DNA from: Escherichia phage vB_EcoM-Pr103Blw
DNA: 64,000 nucleotides
Sequence record: MW481326.1
Reading direction: 5' to 3' (one strand)
In this document: positions 60,292 to 64,000 of the stretch, piece by piece
How the letters are laid out: each line of letters begins with the position of its first letter
Position numbering within the stretch: position 1 is the first letter of the stretch
Made by a program: the position numbers and the translations under genes
Notes under the pieces: model-generated
What the model saw: only the letters and a program-made list of their open reading frames with translations
Told to the model about the DNA's origin: nothing
Databases searched by the model: none

Positions 60292-60834
60292 ATGAAATGC
60301 TATCACGGAACTACTCAAGAAAATTTCCTCAACCTGATTAATAACGGTGATAAACCATCAGGCGCATGGAATTGTTCGGATATGGACGGCAATTTTTACG
60401 TGTATCCAGAAAATAAAATCTATGGCGACGATGAGGAAGAAATAGCATCAGAAGGTATCCAACAAGCTCTAGGAAATGCCACTATCACCGCAGCTTTCCA
60501 GATGAAAACCCAAAATATTGTTATCTTAGAACTCGATATTCCAGAGGATGAGCTGAATGATGATTATTCTTGTGATAATATGTCGAGTGTGGCAAGTTTT
60601 ACAGAGTACTTTGATGTAAATTGGATTAAAAAGGTCTATACAACAGAGTTTAACGCTATGTATTCACCTTTTTGTCTTCCTTCATTGGATAACCCAAATT
60701 TAAACTATCTTGATGAGTCTCTGGAGCTTCTTGCTAAAAGTGTTCAACAGTCGGACAGTATTCAGGTTTTTTGTGACATCATGGATACACTGACAGGGAA
60801 CATTGCAGAAGAGGATTTAAAGAGCTTTTTCTAA
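60292..60834 (+). CDS. early protein, unknown function (acidic)
   Basis: 180 aa. Confidence 0.6.
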   Translation: MKCYHGTTQENFLNLINNGDKPSGAWNCSDMDGNFYVYPENKIYGDDEEEIASEGIQQALGNATITAAFQMKTQNIVILELDIPEDELNDDYSCDNMSSVASFTEYFDVNWIKKVYTTEFNAMYSPFCLPSLDNPNLNYLDESLELLAKSVQQSDSIQVFCDIMDTLTGNIAEEDLKSFF

Positions 60835-60866
60835 AAACCTATGCAATCACCTTATAAACACTAATC

Positions 60867-60887
60867 AGCCCCTTGTAGGGGCTTTTA
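60867..60887 (+). terminator. terminator-like hairpin
   Basis: AGCCCC-ttgta-GGGGCT followed by TTTTA. Confidence 0.45.
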
Positions 60888-60900
60888 GGGGGCTTAAATC

Positions 60901-61134
60901 ATGCTTACAACCATTTATCTCATCCTTTCCATTTGTAACGGCCATTCATGCGATTTTAAAGGGCTTGAGGAGTTCACAGGAAGTAAAGAAAATGCCATTC
61001 AAGTTTGTCAGATAGCAAGGCAAGACTATCCCGCCAGTGATGACATACAATGCTACTTTAAGACAGAAGATGAAGAAGGCATTTATTTTGATAGTGTTGA
61101 CGGTCAATATGAAATTATCATTGAAAAAGACTAG
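60901..61134 (+). CDS. early protein, unknown function
   Basis: 77 aa; GGGGGC SD. Confidence 0.5.
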   Translation: MLTTIYLILSICNGHSCDFKGLEEFTGSKENAIQVCQIARQDYPASDDIQCYFKTEDEEGIYFDSVDGQYEIIIEKD

Positions 61135-61225
61135 ACAAGCCTGATAAAAGCTTGTAGAGTGTCAATCAACGGGGAGGGAATAACCTTCCCCACTAAGTAA
61201 AGTCCTTAAACTAGGAGATTCTAAA
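61132..61225 (+). promoter_or_regulatory. early promoter plus conserved leader cassette, copy 4
   Basis: TAGACA-17 nt-TAGAGT overlapping upstream stop, then leader with GGGGAGGGAATAACCTTCCCC hairpin. Confidence 0.55.
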
Positions 61226-61567
61226 ATGGCTTATGTAACTGTAATTACCGATAAAGAGAATTCATCTTGGTCAACTCAGGTTAGTGATAAGATGTCACCT
61301 ATGCAGTGTCTAAAATACTTTGAGCAGTGGAACAAAGGCGAGGATGTAAGCCCCTTTCAGGTAATGCAAATCATCCATACAGATAACGAAGGGAATAAAA
61401 CGACACTGAATAGTGAGTACTATGCAAGCCGTTTTGAAACGAGAAGTAAAACAATGAAGCTTTTACGTGAATCCGGCTATTCTCACATTGCCGCGCTAAT
61501 ATGGGATGACCTGCTGAAAAGCCAGCGTATCAGCTATGTAAAACCTGAAAAAATATTCATCAGTTAA
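61226..61567 (+). CDS. early protein, unknown function
   Basis: 113 aa. Confidence 0.6.
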   Translation: MAYVTVITDKENSSWSTQVSDKMSPMQCLKYFEQWNKGEDVSPFQVMQIIHTDNEGNKTTLNSEYYASRFETRSKTMKLLRESGYSHIAALIWDDLLKSQRISYVKPEKIFIS

Positions 61568-61599
61568 TCAATAACTTATAAAAAACTTTAAAAAATTAC

Positions 61600-61628
61600 T
61601 TGACGATACCCCTTGACAATAGTACATT
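61600..61628 (+). promoter_or_regulatory. sigma70-like promoter
   Basis: TTGACG-17 nt-TACATT in 220-bp gap. Confidence 0.4.
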
Positions 61629-61696
61629 TGTTCGAGGGGGTTTATCTAAAAGGGATTCACTTAAAAGATTCTTTATAGATAAGCTTAAAAAATTGC

Positions 61697-61789
61697 TTGC
61701 AATCAACTATCAAAACAAGTAAATTACTAATCAACGGGGAGGCGATAACCTTCCCCACTAAATAAAGTCCTTAAACTAGGAGATTCAAA
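61697..61789 (+). promoter_or_regulatory. early promoter plus conserved leader cassette, copy 5
   Basis: TTGCAA-17 nt-TAAATT then leader (hairpin GGGGAGGCGATAACCTTCCCC). Confidence 0.6.
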
Positions 61790-62320
61790 ATGAACAAGTT
61801 CAAAGCTATCAACTATATTCGTTCAAATGCTGTAATGTCTAAGCCTGTTAAAGATACCTACGAATTTCGCTGCAACGGTGTACACTTCGCAACCATCACT
61901 AAATCAGAAAACGGGGCTTATTACGTTCATCGTCGTAATGTTTCGACCGTTGTAGTCTCTCACTTTATGCAAGCTGTAGCAGAATTATTACCGTTATTCT
62001 TAGAGATTTACTTAGATGAGTGTAAAAACGTTCGCAACCATGTTAAAAACCTTTTAAATGGTTATAAGATGGCTTATGAACGTTCTATCAAGAATCTTAA
62101 CAAGTTCTATAAAGCCCCTGAAAATACTGTATCAATAGCTTATGATGTAAGCGGTGAAATGGCCAACCTCTCTAATGTAGAACAAATTAGCCTTTATGAT
62201 TTACGTCCTAGTGGCTACTCTAAGACTCTCGGTGAAGGTTTATCCTTCAATATCAAGAACTTAGAAAAAACTTTAAAAGATATTGAAAAAGATATTGACG
62301 AGACAATCAAAAGTCTGTAA
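61790..62320 (+). CDS. early protein, unknown function
   Basis: 176 aa. Confidence 0.6.
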   Translation: MNKFKAINYIRSNAVMSKPVKDTYEFRCNGVHFATITKSENGAYYVHRRNVSTVVVSHFMQAVAELLPLFLEIYLDECKNVRNHVKNLLNGYKMAYERSIKNLNKFYKAPENTVSIAYDVSGEMANLSNVEQISLYDLRPSGYSKTLGEGLSFNIKNLEKTLKDIEKDIDETIKSL

Positions 62321-62382
62321 ATTGTCAATCAACGGGGGATAACCTCCCCCACTAAACAAAATCCTAAACTGGAGTTATCAAG
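62295..62382 (+). promoter_or_regulatory. early promoter plus conserved leader cassette, copy 6
   Basis: TTGACG-17 nt-TAAATT (-10 overlaps stop codon); shortened hairpin GGGGGATAACCTCCCCC. Confidence 0.6.
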
Positions 62383-62646
62383 ATGGAAAACGTAGAATTA
62401 ACCACACTTTTACAAATTGCAACCGACAAAGAAGATGTAGCATTATTCCACCGTATCGAAAGTGATTTGTTCAATGGTGAAATCATTAAAGAATCTTACG
62501 AAGTTGTCGGATTCAAAGATGGTAAAGCATTTGGCTTTTTTGACCTCGACAAAAGCAAAGCGGTTACAATGTACGATGTTCTATCTTGTGAAATTCTGAC
62601 AAAATACAACGAAAAAAGGCTTGCAACCTACGCCAATATGCAGTAA
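62383..62646 (+). CDS. early protein, unknown function
   Basis: 87 aa. Confidence 0.6.
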   Translation: MENVELTTLLQIATDKEDVALFHRIESDLFNGEIIKESYEVVGFKDGKAFGFFDLDKSKAVTMYDVLSCEILTKYNEKRLATYANMQ

Positions 62647-62713
62647 ATTACTAATCAACGGGGAGGGAATGACCTTCCCACTAAACAAAGTCCTAAACTG
62701 GAGAATCTAAATT
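62621..62713 (+). promoter_or_regulatory. early promoter plus conserved leader cassette, copy 7
   Basis: TTGCAA-17 nt-TAAATT then leader with GGGGAGGGAATGACCTTCCC hairpin. Confidence 0.6.
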
Positions 62714-62962
62714 ATGTCAACTATCCGCGTAACTGTTAATGCTTATGGCTGCCACAAACTTGATGCAAAATTCGATATCGGTGGAACAGATAACACCTTT
62801 GACCTTATCAAAATGCTGATTCAGCAGGTGATACCAGATTATAACCCTACTGATGACTTCTGGAAAGATGCCGTAAAAGAAGCCATAAACGAGGAATCTC
62901 ACTACCATTATTGGGGTGACTTGATTGTCTCTCTATACTACAGCAAACAAGGCTACAACTAA
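62714..62962 (+). CDS. early protein, unknown function
   Basis: 82 aa. Confidence 0.6.
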   Translation: MSTIRVTVNAYGCHKLDAKFDIGGTDNTFDLIKMLIQQVIPDYNPTDDFWKDAVKEAINEESHYHYWGDLIVSLYYSKQGYN

Positions 62963-63000
62963 TCGACGCAACGGGGCTAAATAGCCCCAGATACCTTTAC

Positions 63001-63024
63001 AGCCCCTTAAATGGGGCTTTTTTA
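63001..63024 (+). terminator. rho-independent terminator closing the early gene array
   Basis: AGCCCC-ttaaat-GGGGCT followed by TTTTTT; preceded by a second hairpin GGGGCT-aaat-AGCCCC at 62974-62988. Confidence 0.6.
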
Positions 63025-63039
63025 CGTCTATCGAATCCT

Positions 63040-64000
63040 TATACAATCCCTTTCCTTTCTAGAATCTTATCAGACCTTAAAAAGCAATAACTCTATAGTC
63101 TACTCTATAACCTCTTATCAAATCAACTTAAATATAAGCCCATAACCCGAAAGGGAAGGGCAACCACTAAAATGCTCTATAAAGCTCTATAACAGCCTTA
63201 TCAACCTAACTTAAGCAATCATATTAACCCACTCTAAAAAGCCCTTTATAGAGCTTCCTAGAGCCTTAAAAGAATCTTATAAGGGTACAAGCTTATAAGC
63301 TGGCTAGTATCTTGTGAATACCTAAACAACCCCTTGATAGTCACTAAAAAGTATGTTATAGGGGCTATAGAGTTACTTCAAAGTTACGTAAAAAGAGCTA
63401 TAAAGTTACGTAAATGCTAGCCCCCTTAACATTTTCTTAACAATTTCTTAACAAACCCTACATAGTTATGCTTGTTAGAGACTTGTTAGCCCCTTGTTAA
63501 ATCTCTGTTAAGACCACGTAAAAGCCTTGTAAGAGTCTTTGACATATCCTTAAAAGCCTCTGTAAAGCCCTATAAAGAGCTATCCATACAGTTGAGGGGT
63601 AAATACTAGGGAGAGCCTTAAAAGAGCTTACAAGGGGCTGTATAGGGCTTTTAAGAGGTATGTTTAAGAGTTCACTAAGAAAGGAAAGGGAACGATAAGA
63701 AAAGAGATAGTGACCATGTTAATAGCTTGTTAAAAAGATTAAACACTTGTTAGAAACTTGTTAATTATCTTAATAAAATAACTCTTTAAAATTAACTTGT
63801 TAGCTCTTATTAGTCATCTGTTAAGACTCTGTAAAGACTATTCAGCACTTGTTAGAAAACTGTTACATCCTTGTTAGTTCTGTTAAGAGACTGTTAAGAC
63901 CTTTGAAGAGTTGTTAAGAGCTTGTGAGAACTGTTAAGAGATTGTTAAGGATATTTTAAAATTTTGCAAAGTACTTGTAAGGGAGTTGTTAAGGGCTACC
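63040..64000. repeat. non-coding region dense in short degenerate repeats (CTATARAG and yTGTTARr families)
   Basis: No ORF of 60 aa or more; more than 20 copies of TGTTAAG/TGTTAGA-like heptamers, from about 63840 spaced every 10-12 bp; also TTACGTAA x2 and CTATAAAG/CTATAGAG copies. Confidence 0.6.

Noticed and set aside
57485-63000. Repeated elements in the early region as a CRISPR array
   Set aside because: Repeat units are 60-95 bp promoter/leader cassettes each followed by a gene of different length (200-540 bp); spacing is irregular and the intervening sequences are ORFs with RBSs, not spacers.

Overview
This window reads as 64 kb of a virulent, AT-rich tailed phage (myovirus-like) genome with no integrase, repressor/lysogeny module, transposase, CRISPR array or tRNA found. 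All calls are from reading the translations and DNA by eye against remembered motifs; no database search, GC calculation or structure prediction was run. Layout: (1) 0-15.3 kb, + strand: contractile-tail morphogenesis (sheath, tube, chaperones, tape measure, baseplate) and two tail fibers with T4 gp37-like His-x-His tips. (2) 15.9-25.9 kb, - strand: thymidylate synthase, DHFR, small unknown/secreted proteins, ATP-dependent DNA ligase, family-A DNA polymerase. (3) 26-43 kb, + strand: dNMP kinase, T7 gp4-like primase-helicase, gp2.5-like SSB, gp6-like exonuclease, aerobic NrdAB plus NrdH, anaerobic NrdDG. (4) 43.6-48.2 kb: HNH endonuclease, a tandem paralog pair, then an adjacent PRPP-synthetase-family gene and NAMPT-family gene. 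(5) 49-57 kb: rIIA/rIIB, a signal-peptide lytic transglycosylase, an overlapped spanin pair, small genes and a macro-domain protein. (6) 57.1-63 kb: a repeat-rich regulatory intergenic region followed by 13 small early-type genes driven by seven copies of a conserved promoter-plus-leader cassette and four copies of a palindrome/hairpin intercistronic element. (7) 63-64 kb: about 1 kb of non-coding DNA packed with helically phased short repeats. The strongest candidate system is the Prs-like/NAMPT-like pair (no NMN adenylyltransferase visible), which fits the phage NAD+ reconstitution route that counters NAD+-depleting immunity; the nearby macro-domain protein may be linked. Gene content resembles Felix O1-like virulent myoviruses, from memory only. 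Many ORF-track starts are GTG/TTG; where an internal ATG with a Shine-Dalgarno sequence is more plausible I give that coordinate.
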